Positions 42,485 through 55,541 of a stretch of DNA of 64,000 bases are shown here, one piece after another. The stretch lies in the NCBI GenBank assembly GCA_002269645.1, contig NIVC01001727.1:12383-76382 (forward strand), read 5' to 3'. A program made the position numbers and the translations under genes. The stretch comes from Macrostomum lignano (taxonomy: Eukaryota). Position 1 is the stretch's first letter, and every line of letters begins with the position of its first letter. A model generated the notes under the pieces. The model was not told the DNA's origin. It was given only the letters and a program-made list of their open reading frames with translations, and ran no database searches.

Positions 42485-43021
42485 CTGTGAATTTGGAATG
42501 GATATTGTGCAGAATTTAGACTTCAACTCGACTGCGCAAATACAATACGAGCGGACTGAAACGATCGCCAGCTGCCCCGTAGAAAAAAGCCAAATAGGCT
42601 GCAAAATTTCCTAACCTTGTCGGGCCAAAATGCGGTATACTGCTGGAGAAGCCCTAGCTAATTAAAAAAGACGAGGCCTTATTGCTGGATTGCGTTTCGC
42701 GGAGGTAAGAAGGCCTCTTGTGCGTCAGGATCAGACAAATTCAAGGCGATGAGAGCTGCAGGGTGAAGGGCTGCCCAAGGTTTGGGTGCAGCTCGCTAGC
42801 TGACTATTTATCTAGCTGTCAAAGATACAGTCAAGTACAGTTGAGTTTCTATCGAAATTATGAATTATGAAATTATGAAACTGGGAAAGAAGTTGGGATA
42901 GAAGTTGGGAAAGATTCTAGTATGGATGCTTAGAGACCGTTTTCGCATGTGAATAAATGGCGATTTAAGTATTTGTATGCCGCTGGCGGAATTGTCTACT
43001 GCATAGATAAGATTCCGGGTC

Positions 43022-43687
43022 CCTGACTCTCCGGCTGTATGACTCTCCAACTGTCTGACTCTCCAACAGTCTGACTCTCCGACTATCTGACTCTCCAGCA
43101 GTCTGACTCTCCGACTATCTGACTCTCCAGCAGTCTGACTCTCCGACTGTCTGACTCTACAACAGTCTGACTCTCCGACTATCTGACTCTCCAACAGTCT
43201 GACTCTCCGACTATCTGACTCTCCAACAGTCTGACTCTCCGACTGTCTGACTCTCCGACTGTCTGACTCTCCGACTGTCTGACTCTCCGACTGTCTGACT
43301 CTCCGACTGTCTGACTCTCCGACTATCTGACTCTCCCAATGTCTGACTCTCCGACTATCTGACTCTCCGACTATCTGACTCTCCGAATGTATGACTCTCC
43401 GACTATCTGACTCTCCGACTGTCTGACTCTCCGACTATCTGACTCTCCGACTGTCTGACTCTCCAACAGTCTGACCCTCCGAATGTATGACTCTCCGACT
43501 GTCTGACTCTCCGACTATCTGACTCTCCGACTGTCTGACTCTCCGACTATCTGACTCTCCGACTATCTGACTCTCCGACTGTCTGACTCTACGACTATCT
43601 GACTCTCCGACTGTCTGACTCTCCGACTATCTGACTCTCTGACTGTCTGACTCTCTGACTGTCTGACTCTTCGACTGTCTGACTCTC
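43022..43687. repeat. 16-bp minisatellite (DPYD intron 2)
   Basis: Unit gtctgactctccgact and variants; about 40 copies. Confidence 0.96.
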
Positions 43688-44409
43688 CTTTTGTGAAAAT
43701 TCAGGGGAATTTTTGGAGAATCTTTGAAAATCTCTGGAAATCTTTGGAAATTTTGCAAATTTATATGGCAAGAGTTGGAAAAATTTCCTGATCCAGACGC
43801 CAGCGGTAGATGCTACTCAAGTCTGCGGAAACTCTGAACTCTGTCACAAGCACCTGGTGCAATGCAGGCATATTCGGCTTAGCAATTGTGAATGAAGGGT
43901 GGCGAGAAAGCGGGCAGGCGCTTCCTGTGTTGAAGCGCGGTGCCTCTCCTGAATCTGCAATTAAGTCGGCTGCGAAGAATTCGTAGGCGTTGGCGGCAGC
44001 TGGGATTGAAGAAAGCGCATGTCCGCTCAGGGGATTAGCGGCAGTGGGGGGTTGGAGACCAAGGCGATCTTGAACAGGAATTTGGAGTAGGCCAACTCCC
44101 CATGCTGCTTAAAGACTTTTGCAGGGGTTTAGGTCAGAAACTCACACCGTAAGTCGGAATCATGGGCATTAGAAGGACACTACAAGCGTACACTCGCGAA
44201 TCTTTAGATTATAGATTAGCTCTTTTGCGTAGCGCTAAATGAGGTTTCTCCATAGACAAGTTCAGTTGAGAAATATTCGCGCTAGAAAAAGACGCAAAAG
44301 AGATAAGAACAACAGAAGTCTCGCCGGAGCCAGGCTTGCTTGCCGGGCCAAAGTGGGAATAAAAACGTTTCTGTAGTCTATGGCCGGTCCCGAGTGATTT
44401 AGATAAAAT

Positions 44410-44915
44410 TCTGTAGTCTATGGCCAGGCTCAAGTGAGGAATAAATACAACTCTGTAGTCTATGGCCAGGCTCAAGTGAGGAATAAATACAACTCTGTAG
44501 TCTATGGCCAGGCTCAAGTGAGGAATAATTACAACTCTGTAGTCTATGGCCAGGCTCAAGTGAGGAATAATTACAACTCTGTAGTCTATGGCCAGGCTCA
44601 AGTGAGGAATAATTACAACTCTGTAGTCTATGGCCAGGCTCAAGTGAGGAATAAATGCAAGTCTGTAGTCTATGGCCAGGCTCAAGTGAGGAATAAATGC
44701 AAGTCTGTAGTCTATGGCCAGGCTCAAGTGAGGAATAAATGCAAGTCTGTAGTCTATGGCCAGGCTCAAGTGAGGAATAAATGCAAGTCTGTAGTCTATG
44801 GCCAGGCTCAAGTGAGGAATAAATGCAAGTCTGTAGTCTATGGCCAGGCTCAAGTGAGGAATAAATGCAAGTCTGTAGTCTATGGCCAGGCTCAAGTGAG
44901 GAATAAATACAATTC
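44410..44915. repeat. 42-bp tandem repeat, about 12 copies (DPYD intron 2)
   Basis: Unit caagtgaggaataaatacaactctgtagtctatggccaggct; gives ORFs 44209..44895 and 44434..45102. Confidence 0.96.
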
Positions 44916-45869
44916 CATAGAGCAGAGCTTACAAAAGTTGGTTCAAGCTAATAGAGGTTTTTGTTATTATATGTATATTCATAAGTTATTTTTACTCAGC
45001 CAAGGAAGAGCTCGCCTCTCCGGATTTCGGGTCCTGTCCTCCTTGACTAGTCCTCTGGGACTTAGCAGCTCCCTATCCAATATTTTCTCTTCCTCTCGCT
45101 GACCTTCGCTTTTCGGTTTTTATTCGATTTTAAAGAAGAATTTTTTACTTCGCACAGGGGAAATCTGAACTGCGACACCGCGTGCCAAGTTAAAAAGGGT
45201 CCGGACTGGCTACAGAAAATGGAATTTCAGTTTTCTCGAGTTAACCAACCAACTGCGTGGGCTGGCAGCTTGCAGGAAGTCCGCCATGGAATTTAATTTC
45301 ATTCCTTTTTCGATGCCTCGCACAGGCTGGGACACCTGGAGAGCGCGTGTCTGCGGCGGGCCCGAGCGTCAGTAACTACGGGGAGCTGACCGACAGACAA
45401 GAAAGTACATTTAGCAGGCGCCAAACAGGATTATATGGGAATCCGTGGACGGCACTTAATCCATTTGTAGCGAATTCGAATCGATCTAGGCCGCCGATTC
45501 AATATAAGCCTTATTCAAGCCTGCAACTAATCAATTATTCAGTTAGCTTCTTCAATAACGGGCCTGGAAAAGATAGCAGCATTCGGCAAGACAAAATTCG
45601 ATTTCCGTGCTGTTACTTGCTGAGACGAACTTGCACGAGTTGGTACAAGTTGGTACAGACAGAGAAGTCCTTATTCTTTTCAGGAGAAAACTATCTACAT
45701 TAACTGCCCTGTCTGCTGCTGTGAAATCAATGCCTCAACGTGTTTCACTCAATAAATAAATTTATTACTCTGATAAAATTTTCTAATATAGGCTGTCCAA
45801 AAATAAGATTTATAGGTCAAAGTTATCGTTTAGGCTTCACAATCAATGGTTCCCACCGATTTTTATGTT

Positions 45870-47265
45870 TCAAGGTCAAGGCTACACTGATTGAGAAGTT
45901 TCAAGGTCAAGACTACTGATTGAGAAGTCTAAAGGTCACGGCTACTGATTGAGAAGTCTAAAGGTCAAGGCTACTGATTGAGAAGTCTAAAGGTCAAGGC
46001 TACTGATTGAGAAGTTTCAAGGTCAAGGCTACTGATTGAGAAGTTTCAAGGTCAAGGCTACTGATTGAGAAGTCTAAAGGTCAAGGCTACTGATTGAGAA
46101 GTCTAAAGGTCAAGGCTACTGATTGAGAAGTCTAAAGGTCAAGGCTACTGATTGAGAAGTCTAAAGGTCAAGGCTACTGATTGAGAAGTTTCAAGGTCAA
46201 GGCTACTGATTGAGAAGTCTAAAGGTCAAGGCTACTGATTGAGAAGTTTCAAGGTCAAGGCTACTGATTGAGAAGTCTAAAGGTCAAGGCTACTGATTGA
46301 GAAGTTTCAAGGTCAAGGCTACTGATTGAGAAGTCTAAAGGTCAAGGCTACTGATTGAGAAGTCTTAAGGTCACGGCTAGTGATTGAGAAGTCTAAAGGT
46401 CAAGGCTACTGATTGAGAAGTCTAAAGGTCAAGGCTACTGATTGAGAAGTTTCAAGGTCAAGGCTACTGATTGAGAAGTCTAAAGGTCAAGGCTACTGAT
46501 TGAGAAGTCTAAAGGTCAAGGCTACTGATTGAGAAGTCTAAAGGTCAAGGCTACTGATTGAGAAGTCTAAAGGTCAAGGCTACTGATTGAGAAGTTTCAA
46601 GGTCAAGGCTACTGATTGAGAAGTCTAAAGGTCAAGGCTACTGATTGAGAAGTTTCAAGGTCAAGGCTACTGATTGAGAAGTCTAAAGGTCAAGGCTACT
46701 GATTGAGAAGTTTCAAGGTCAAGGCTACTGATTGAGAAGTCTAAAGGTCAAGGCTACTGATTGAGAAGTCTTAAGGTCACGGCTAGTGATTGAGAAGTCT
46801 AAAGGTCAAGGCTACTGATTGAGAAGTCTAAAGGTCAAGGCTACTGATTGAGAAGTTTCAAGGTCAAGGCTACTGATTGAGAAGTCTAAAGGTCAAGGCT
46901 ACTGATTGAGAAGTTTCAAGGTCACGGCTAGTGATTGAGAAGTCTAAAGGTCAAGGCTACACTGATTGAGAAGTCTAAAGGTCAATGCTACTGAATACTG
47001 ATCGAGAAGTTTCAAGGTCACGGCTACTGATTGAGAAGTCTAAAGGTCAAGGCTACTGATTGAGAAGTCTAAAAGTCAAGGCTACTGATTGAGAAGTCTA
47101 AAGGTCACGGCTACTGATTGAGAAGTCTAAAGGTCAAGGCTACTGATTGAGAAGTCTAAAGGTCACGGCTACTGATTGAGAAGTCTAAAGGTCAAGGCTA
47201 CTGATTGAGAAGTCTAAAGGTCACGGCTACTGATTGAGAAGTCTAAAGGTCAAGGCTACTGATTA
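45870..47265. repeat. 29-bp minisatellite, about 48 copies (DPYD intron 2)
   Basis: Unit aggtcaaggctactgattgagaagtctaa. Confidence 0.97.
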
Positions 47266-47384
47266 AAAGTTTACCGATGAAGGTTACCGGTTGAAAAGTT
47301 TAAAAACCAGAAATCTTCTACAAAACTTTGGAAGCATTATTGTAAAAATAAACCAACGAGTCAGCTCTCAAAGTCAAAGCTCAC

Positions 47385-49745
47385 CTGCAGCACTGACGCG
47401 CCGGCGTACAGGAACTGGATGCCCGCGTCCGCCGAATCGATGCCGCCCGTAGCCAGGATAGGAAAGCCGGGCATGTCACGCGCAATGTTCGACACGGCAC
47501 GCAGGGCGATCGGGCGAATGGCGTTGCCAGACACGCCGCCGTAGGTGGTTTTCTGCTGGCGGCCGATTCGCGGCCACGGTCGGCCATTTGCGTCCAGCCC
47601 CATCAGGCCGGACACCGTGTTGGTGGCCGTGACTCCGTCGGCGCCTCCCTCCTTGGCGGCGCGGGCAATGTCCAACACGCTAGTGACGTTCGGCGTCAGC
47701 TTGGCGAACACGGGAATCTTTACGGCCGCCTTCACCCAGCGGCAGATGTTGCGCACCAGCTCGGGAGACTGGCCGCAAGCCAGGCCCATGCCCTTCTCGC
47801 CCATGCCGTGCGGGCAGGACATGTTTAGCTCGAGCGCGTCCGCCCCAGCCTGCTCGGACATGACGGCCAGCTGCGTCCAGTCCTCCTCTGAGTAGCCGCA
47901 CATCACCGACGCGATGAGAACCTTCTCGGGGAAGTCGCGCTTCAATTCGGTGATGCTGCGGCACCAGTAGGCGGCCCGCTTCTCGCTGATCAGCTCAATG
48001 TTCAGGAAGGAGCCCTGGCCAGGCCCGTAGTTGTGCCCGGAAGTGGTGCCCCGGACAATCCTGGGCGACACGTTGGTGATGATGTCCTTGTCCAGCACGA
48101 ATGTTTTGGTCAGGGCGAAGCCCCAGCCAGCTTCGAACGCCTTGCGAATCATCGCGCTAGTCGTGGTTGGCGGCGCGCTGGCCAGACCGAACGGGTTCTC
48201 GAAGCGCAGGCCGCACATCTGCACGCTGATGTCAACTGAATCGATTGGCGAGTAGAACTTCGGCAGCCGCGGCTCCACAGGGATCTCCTCGGAGGCGGAG
48301 TCGCTGCCGACGGACTGCAAGTAGCGGTGCATGCTCCAGGCAGCCATCTTGCCGTCGTTGACGGATTCCACCGTCGTCTGGGCGACTCCGGCCACGTCGC
48401 CGCCAGCGAACACCCAGGGCTCGCTAGTTGCCATGGTGACCGAGTCCACCACTGGCAGACTCCAGCGGTTGAGCTTCACCGGAGCGATGGCTTCGATCAG
48501 ATCCGGGTCCTGCAGTCCGGAGCCGAACGCCGAGATCAGGTAGTTGGCCTTCAGCCGCACGATTTGCTCCTCGTCCTCGCACCAGTCGCCGTTGTCGTCC
48601 TGCTCTGTGCGGCAGAACTCCACGCCGGTGATGCGGCCATCCTCCCTAGTCAGCACCTTGCGCGGCGACAGGAACGGGTGGAACTCGCAGTTCTCTTCCC
48701 TGGCCAAATCCATCTCCTCCGGCACCGGACTGATGGTTGTGAAGCCTTTGCGGAACACCACAAACACTCGGCGGGCGCCGCAGCGCAGCGCCGAAGTGGC
48801 GCAATCGAAGGCGGTGTCGCCGGCGCCAAGCACGATGACGGAGCCGCTGAGCTGCGGCAGCGAAGGTCCACCGCCTCCGCCGCAGCCGCACATGCCTGGC
48901 TTTGAAGCGGCTGCCACCAGCGGCAGAAACTCCTTAGACGTGTAGAATCCCTGCTCAACCGTGAGCCCCTTGAACGCTGGAATCAGTTTCGGATTCGGCA
49001 GCCCGAAGCCCAGGAAAGCGCAGGCGTAGCCCTCGGACTTCAGCGAGGCCAGAGTTCGTCCGGCCTTGACTGAAAGCGGCGCCTCGAGCCGGATGTTGAC
49101 GCCGAGGTCCTTCACTAGCTGCACTTCGTAGTCGACCACGTTGAATGGCAGACGGAACTGCGGTATCTCGGTGCTGCTCAGGCCGCCAACCGTGGCAGAG
49201 CGCTCGAAAATGTCCACCCGGCTGTAGCCGAGTCTGGCGAGAAACGTGGCGCAGCTGAGGCTGGCCGGGCCGCAGCCGATCAGCGCCACGGGCTGCTGGT
49301 AGGCCGGCAGGTCGCGATTTCCGGCCAGTTCCGGTGGCACCACCTGCGGCAGACGCATCTGCATGAACGTCTCGGTGGCGAAGTGCTGAAGTCCCCCGAT
49401 GTTGATGGGGCCCTCCTCACTGGCGTACAGGTTGCAGCCTCCGACGCAGAGGTCGCTGGTCGGGCACACCATGCCGCAGGTGAGCCCGAGTGGATTGTCG
49501 GAAAAGATCGACCTAGCCGCTCCGTAGTAGTTCTTGTTGGCTATTGAAGTAATGAACGACTTGACGTCTATCTGGGTTGGGCAGCCTTTCTGGCAAGGAG
49601 CGTCGGCACACTTCAGACAGCGGGCAGCTTCGCGCAGGGCGCCCCGCTCGGATAGCGTCGTGTGCTTGATGTCGCGAAAGTCGCGCTCTAAGGGATGACA
49701 GGTGCTGCAGTTTTTGTCCTTGTTGCGCTTCCAGTGAGCCTTGCC
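47385..49745 (-). CDS. DPYD: DPYD coding exon 2 (2361 nt; FeS, FAD, NADPH and FMN domains)
   Basis: Acceptor ttattcag|GGC; HWKRN...[31 protein letters not shown]...[10 protein letters not shown]...GAGDTAFDC...NPFGLASAP...[21 protein letters not shown]...KLTPNVT...ATGGIDSA; donor CAG|gtgagc. The full CDS is 3141 nt in frame, 1046 aa. Confidence 0.98.
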
Positions 49746-50039
49746 CTGAATAAATAATGGGTAATGATTTGGTTCTGTATTTATTCTGTACTTTTACTAG
49801 TGGCTACATTATTCCGAATTGGCCCTAAGTAGCGGCACTGTTAATGGCTCTTCTCTTTGTACATTGGGTATAACAGCTTTCTGACGTTTTTATTGAGCCA
49901 AAATTTATTGTGCCCTAGGTCGGGCGGGCGTGCATTGGGTGAACAATAAAAACTATCCTATCTTAGTCAGACTCGTTTCTCAGTCGTTCAGACGGCCACC
50001 GATAAATAAATAAACGGGAGAGATTATATACTTCTATTC

Positions 50040-50750
50040 CGCAGAAAGGAGAGCGAGGAATCCATTTTTCCTTCCCTAAAGATAGCTGGTGCGATGGAGT
50101 GGTGGGCGTTAGCTATGTACATTGTTTCAGAATGGAGAGCAAGGAATCCAGTTTTCTTTCCCTAAAGATAGCTGGTTAGCTGGTGCGATGGGGTGGCGGG
50201 CGTTAGCCGTTAGCTACGTACATTGGCTCAGAATGGAGAGCGAGGAATCCAGTTTTCCTTCCCCAAAGATAGCTGGTGCGATGGGGCGGTGGTTGTTAGC
50301 TATGTACATTGGCTCAGAATGGAGAGCGAGGAATCCAGTTTTCCTTCCCCAAAGATAGCTGGTGCGATGGGGTGGTGGGTGTTAGCTATGCACATTGGCT
50401 CAAAATGGAGAGCGAGAAATCCAGTTTTCCTTCCCTAAAGATAGCTGGTGCGATGGGGTGGATGGTGCTAGCTATGTACATTGGCTCAGAATGGAAAGCG
50501 AGGAATCCAGTTTTCTTTCCCTAAAGATAGCTGGTTAGCTGGTGCGATGGGGTGGCGGGCGTTAGCCGTTAGCTATCTACATTGGCTCAGAATGGAGAGC
50601 GAGGAATCCAGTTTTCCTTCCCTAAAGATAGCTGGTGCGATGGGGTGGCGGGTGTTGGCTATGTACATTGGCTCAGAATGGAGAGCGAGGAATCCAGTTT
50701 TCCTTCCCAAGGATAGCTGGTGGGATGGGGTGGCGGGTGTTGGCTATTTA
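50040..50750. repeat. About 86-bp tandem repeat (DPYD intron 1)
   Basis: Unit cattggctcagaatggagagcgaggaatccagttttccttccctaaagatagctggtgcgatggggtgg...; ORF offsets of 86 nt. Confidence 0.93.
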
Positions 50751-51889
50751 CATCGTCCAAAGTTAGATCCTGGAGTCTGTCAATAGCGCTTTTCTATTCT
50801 CTATTCCCTTTCCTTTTCAAGTTAACGTGTGTTGTGGTCCTTGCGCACACTTTAGGAAATCACACAGGCACGCACCTTTTTACACATACTGGTGGATGAA
50901 GTTAGGAATGAAATATGCAAAAATACATGAAATCCTTGATAATAATAGAAACATCTTCTGGCCAGGGTAAAAATCCTTAATATGCAGGAACACACACTAG
51001 CTAGTGACTGGCCTTTTCATTGCCGCAATGTCAAAAGGGATTTAAAGTTCTGTATGAGCTGACTATTCCCTTTTCCTCGCTCAATGCAAGGCTTTATCTT
51101 CAAAGTACTCAAAAAAGCTGTGCTTCACGTGTATGCCTCCGTCCCCATTCACGCCCGCACTGCCTCAATTGCCCACGTCAATCGCTAATGAAGCGCCGAG
51201 CCTCCTGTGTCAGTGCAATGCAACCCAAGCGGCTAACGGTTTGTTGCCAGCCAGGCAACCCAGGCTTAAAGAGTGAGAAAGTACTAAGCTGCTGGGCGCA
51301 GAAAAAGAGTACAAGAGAAAATTAACCAAGTGGAAGAAGCAAAATCACTACATGTTACTTACACATTGTAAAACAGAAATCCATGTTTTCTGTTTCGTCC
51401 TAAATAGTTAACCACGGATAACTCAATAACAAATCATTTGCTTATTTATAGCTTATGAATTTTACTTCTCAGTACCCGAGATTTGCTCACGCTGCTGCCA
51501 TGCAAGAAAACCCCATACGTTCTCAAATGTTCCTTGGCTTCGTATCGCTAGTTGGATAGGCTTCTGCGGAGTTGCACTCCAGCAAGGCCAGAGACAGATA
51601 AAAGAGTTTATCTGCAAAAGCCGTTTGAGTTGGGAGTTCTCATTTACAGAAAAAAAGTGTTTACGCACCGCCAAGAACGGGTTGCCTCTGCCGTTATTCA
51701 CAGCTAGTTGACAACAATTCTCATAGAAAATCGTTGGGAGCGACAATCTTTGCTCGGATATGTCAAGGTTGAAGACGGTCAATAGCATCGCGAAACTTGA
51801 TAACATACCCATATATCTGACTAAGAATACTTTACTGACGCCTTGAGTCTTCCCTAATATTTCTAATCACCTACTATGGCACATTCATA

Positions 51890-52170
51890 AGCCACCCCTG
51901 ACATTTATTAGCCACCCCTGACATTCATTAGCCACCCCTGACATTCATTAGCCACCCCTGACATTCATTAGCCACCCCTGACATTCATCAGTCACCCCTG
52001 ACATTCATTAGCCACCCCTGACATTCATCAGTCACCCCTGACATTCATTAGCCACCCCTGACATTCATCAGTCACCCCTGACATTCATTAGCCACCCCTG
52101 ACATTCATCAGTCACCCCTGACATTCATAAGCCACCCCTGACATTCATCAGCCACCCCTGAAATTCATAA
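51890..52170. repeat. 20-bp tandem repeat (DPYD intron 1)
   Basis: Unit agccacccctgacattcatt, about 14 copies. Confidence 0.95.
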
Positions 52171-52285
52171 AGTCTCCGCTGACATTCATAAAAAGTCTCC
52201 GCTGACACATTCATAAAGCCTCCACTGACAAATTCATAAAGCTACCCTTGACACATTCACATAAAGCCATCTCGACTCTCCTTAC

Positions 52286-52393
52286 CTTTTTAGTCAGAGC
52301 AGTTGGCACTGCATTGGCATGCGGCCTAATCACTGGGTTGAGCTGCAGAATGCTCTCGATATCCTGCGCATGCTTGCTCATCAGATCCGACAT
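52286..52393 (-). CDS. DPYD: DPYD coding exon 1
   Basis: MSDLMSKHAQDIESILQLNPVIRPHANAVPTALTKK resembles the DPYD N-terminus (DIESILALNP); donor AAG|gtaagg, phase 0, joins exon 2 in frame. Confidence 0.93.
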
Positions 52394-52934
52394 GGCTGCT
52401 TCCGGTAAATTGTATATAGCTAGCAATGCTAATTCTAAGTTGCATTCACGCAGTCCAGGGTTGCTGTTGCGCCCAGGGGAGACAAGTCAGGTGATAGGCT
52501 GAACTCTATAATTTATAGACACCTAAGGCAGTGATATTATGCAGCTGATAAGCGCTGGGGCCCTGGGGGGGGGGGGGGAGGCTCGCCCCCTAAGCTCGTG
52601 TACAAGCTCTGCGTGTAGTTTAGTCAGTGCCTCACCTTATCTCGGGCAGAGAGATACCTAGTATTAGCGTCATGGAGTTCATTTGTTTGTACAATTAGCG
52701 ACAAGTAAAGTGGTGAAGTGATAGTTTTAGTGACAGAAAATGAGTTTATTTTAAATTGACATGCAACTACTCGTAGGTTCGCTACACAGTGCACTCACTA
52801 CACAGGACGAAATTCTATGTACGAAGCATTTTAAGTACATCGTCACATTTAATCACGTGAAATTTACAAATGCACGTGAAATTTAGCTAGTTCACTGCAA
52901 ATACGTGGATCTGGTCTGTGATCTGTAATCTAAT

Positions 52935-53560
52935 TTTCTGCCTATTGCTCTGTCTAATGTTGTTGGTTCAAGTTTCTGCCTATTGCTCTGTCTAATGTTG
53001 TTGGTTCAAGTTTCTGCCTATTGCTCTGTCTAATGTTGTTGGTTCAAGTTTCTGCCTATTGCTCTGTCTAATGTTGTTGGTTCAAGTTTCTGCCTATTGC
53101 ACTGTCTAATGTTGTTGGTTCAAGTTTCTGCCTATTGCTCTGTCTAATGTTGTTGGTTCAAGTTTCTGCCTATTGCTCTGTCTAATGTTGTTGGTTCAAG
53201 TTTCTGCCTATTGCTCTGTCTAATGTTGTTGGTTCAAGTTTCTGCCTATTGCTCTGTCTAATGTGTGTTGGTTCAAGTTTCTGCCTATTGCCCGGCCCTG
53301 TCTAATGTTGTTGGTTCAAGTTTCTGCCTATTGCCCGGCCCTGTCTAATGTTGTTGGTTCAAGTTTCTGCCTATTGCTCTGTCTAATGTTGTTGGTTCAA
53401 GTTTCTGCCTATTGCCCGGCCCTGTCTAATGTTGTTGGTTCAAGTTTCTGCCTATTGCTCTGTCTAATGTTGTTGGTTCAAGTTTCTGCCTATTGCCCGG
53501 CCCTGTCTAATGTTGTTGGTTCAAGTTTCTGCCTATCGCACTGTCTAATGTTGTTGGTCA
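52935..53560. repeat. 38/41-bp tandem repeat upstream of DPYD
   Basis: Unit ttctgcctattgctctgtctaatgttgttggttcaagt, with a cccggcc variant. Confidence 0.95.
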
Positions 53561-54846
53561 AATTTTCTATGTTTTTATGTATATATCTTCTACGAGCATG
53601 TGATCCTTTCTTAGTATCTGTCTCACTGCCACACACTTCACTAGTGCATAGTCTTTCTGTGTACCATTTAATTGCAGTAGGTCCTTTTATCCATCCCATT
53701 TCTTTATTGGTCAATCCGGTTGTCCATAAAAATCATTCCACAAAGACCTTCCTGCACTCCATAGAGCCGCAGTTTTCACAGATGATTGACTCACAAAATG
53801 GACTCGCAGAATTCCGGAGCAGCTCCATCAGAAACTGAATTCTTCCATCTCTGGGCAAAAATGAAAGCAACTCTGATTGCAAAAACTAAAGTTCTCCAGC
53901 ACCGACTGAATGAGCCGCCCTGGACTAATTCCTTTGCATTCCGCATGGGGCAGGATATTAATGCATTAATATATAGAAATAAACTGCCATATAGGCGTAA
54001 ATTGAAATTATCAATCAGCCCGAAAAATGATTGAAAGCATTCAATATAATCGCGACCCCCAGCTCCCAGGCCACCCAAGCTCAATGGTATTAAGAAACTG
54101 CAAAAAACCCGAGAAGAGTCTGAGGAGGAAACAGCTCCCCCCCCCACAAATCTTCCAAGTCAACGAGGCTTCCCATGGTTTTTCTCTCCTTCTCCTAATC
54201 TTTCTCCCAAATTTCTCCTCTTCATTTCCCAGTCAAACTGGTCGATTTTCAGCCGAGCCTTGCAGCCCAGAAGTCGCAGGGCACCGCAGAACTTGCGGTC
54301 AAACAAAACGCGAAACTTAGCGTAGCTGTATATGAGCTCATTTATGAATAAAACTGCTCATACATCCTATATAGTAATAGCACATATAGCCTTAGGCGTC
54401 AACTAGAGGCCATCCGCAACCCTCACACTCCTTTCTCGCCTCTTCTTTGCTCAATTCATTTTTCATAACTGGCCGTTCAATAAAGCCACGGGATGAAAAC
54501 TTCTCCACCGCGGCAGGGGAGGCGAAGGGGAGACGAGCAAGAAATTAAAATGCTAGCTGAGCTTCTGGGTCGGAATGAGATGTGAATCCGGTGCGGAATG
54601 GCGCTATGCGGGCTGCTGGGCCGGCTCAATTTTAATTGGATTTTTCATCTCCCGCCTATCCCCCAGACTTTTCACACAGACTTATTGTGGCAGAAACAGA
54701 CTGGCAAATGTAAATATGCATTAATTGAGGACTTATGGTCAAAATTTCAGGGCGTTTAGGACGCGGTGAAATGCTGGGGGCGTTGCTTAGACAACGATAA
54801 GTCAACGGTTGGGCATTCAGAATAAGAGAAAAGACAGTGTCTCATG

Positions 54847-55541
54847 CATGGACAACTAGAGTAGAAGGACGCTACACTCGGCTTTCGTGGAAATCGGGCT
54901 GGAGGTCAAATTTTCGCGTAAATACACTAGCGAGATAGAAGAATATAATATTTTGCAGGCGAAATAGGCAGCTAAATTTGAGTCGAAGAAGCAGTGAAGT
55001 TCTTATTGTGATATAAGTTGAAAGCGTTATTGCTTTGTTGAATTTTATAAGGCTTTCATCGCGAAAGTGTAGCATTCTGCTTTTTTCATTTACATTATAA
55101 TTATAAGGCATACTCTACTCTAGTTGGCCTGTGGCGTATCTAGTAGTACAGTATTCCCTACTATTATTAATATTAGGCTATGCATGTCTACTGTATTCAG
55201 TAATGGACAATGACCAAGCCAGTCTATACATCCAGCCTGTGTACTATCTGTAGTAGATCTCAAATCTCATGCCTATGATCAATATCTGGGTCTGTTTTGA
55301 CTTTCGACTGCGCTATTTTCTGACTGATTATAGTTTTCTATACATGTTCAGTGCCGATTAATAGCAAAGCTGAGCATTAATCAGTTTTACTCGAGACAAC
55401 AAATTTCTGAGCAACCCAGTGAAAGAATTTTTATTGTAGTTTTCATGCAGCCAATCAAGAGATATTGACTTTTGAATTTTGGCCTCCAGCCGATTTTACA
55501 CGATTCGCGAGTGTAGCGTCCTTCTACTCTAGTTGTCCATG
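54847..55541. mobile_element. MITE with CATGG termini and 8-bp TSD (P-element-like or hAT)
   Basis: Perfect 34-bp TIR CATGGACAACTAGAGTAGAAGGACGCTACACTCG with further degenerate extension; TSD GTCTCATG at 54839-54846 and 55542-55549. Confidence 0.92.

Noticed and set aside
43760-44100. About 110-codon stop-free frame on the minus strand without an early ATG
   Set aside because: No recognisable motif or supporting splice sites; compatible with chance.
44209-45102. 228-aa and 222-aa repeat-protein ORFs on opposite strands
   Set aside because: The 42-bp unit is a multiple of three and lacks stops in those frames; intronic satellite.
45257-45703. 148-aa ORF, and similar unassigned ORFs at 51020-51812, 53786-54320 and 60472-60870
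   Set aside because: No recognisable domain, mostly non-ATG starts, and no GC3 bias like the real genes; may be TE remnants but cannot be supported without a search.
52565-52580. Poly-G run upstream of DPYD as a regulatory element
   Set aside because: An isolated homopolymer in MITE-like context with no supporting evidence.
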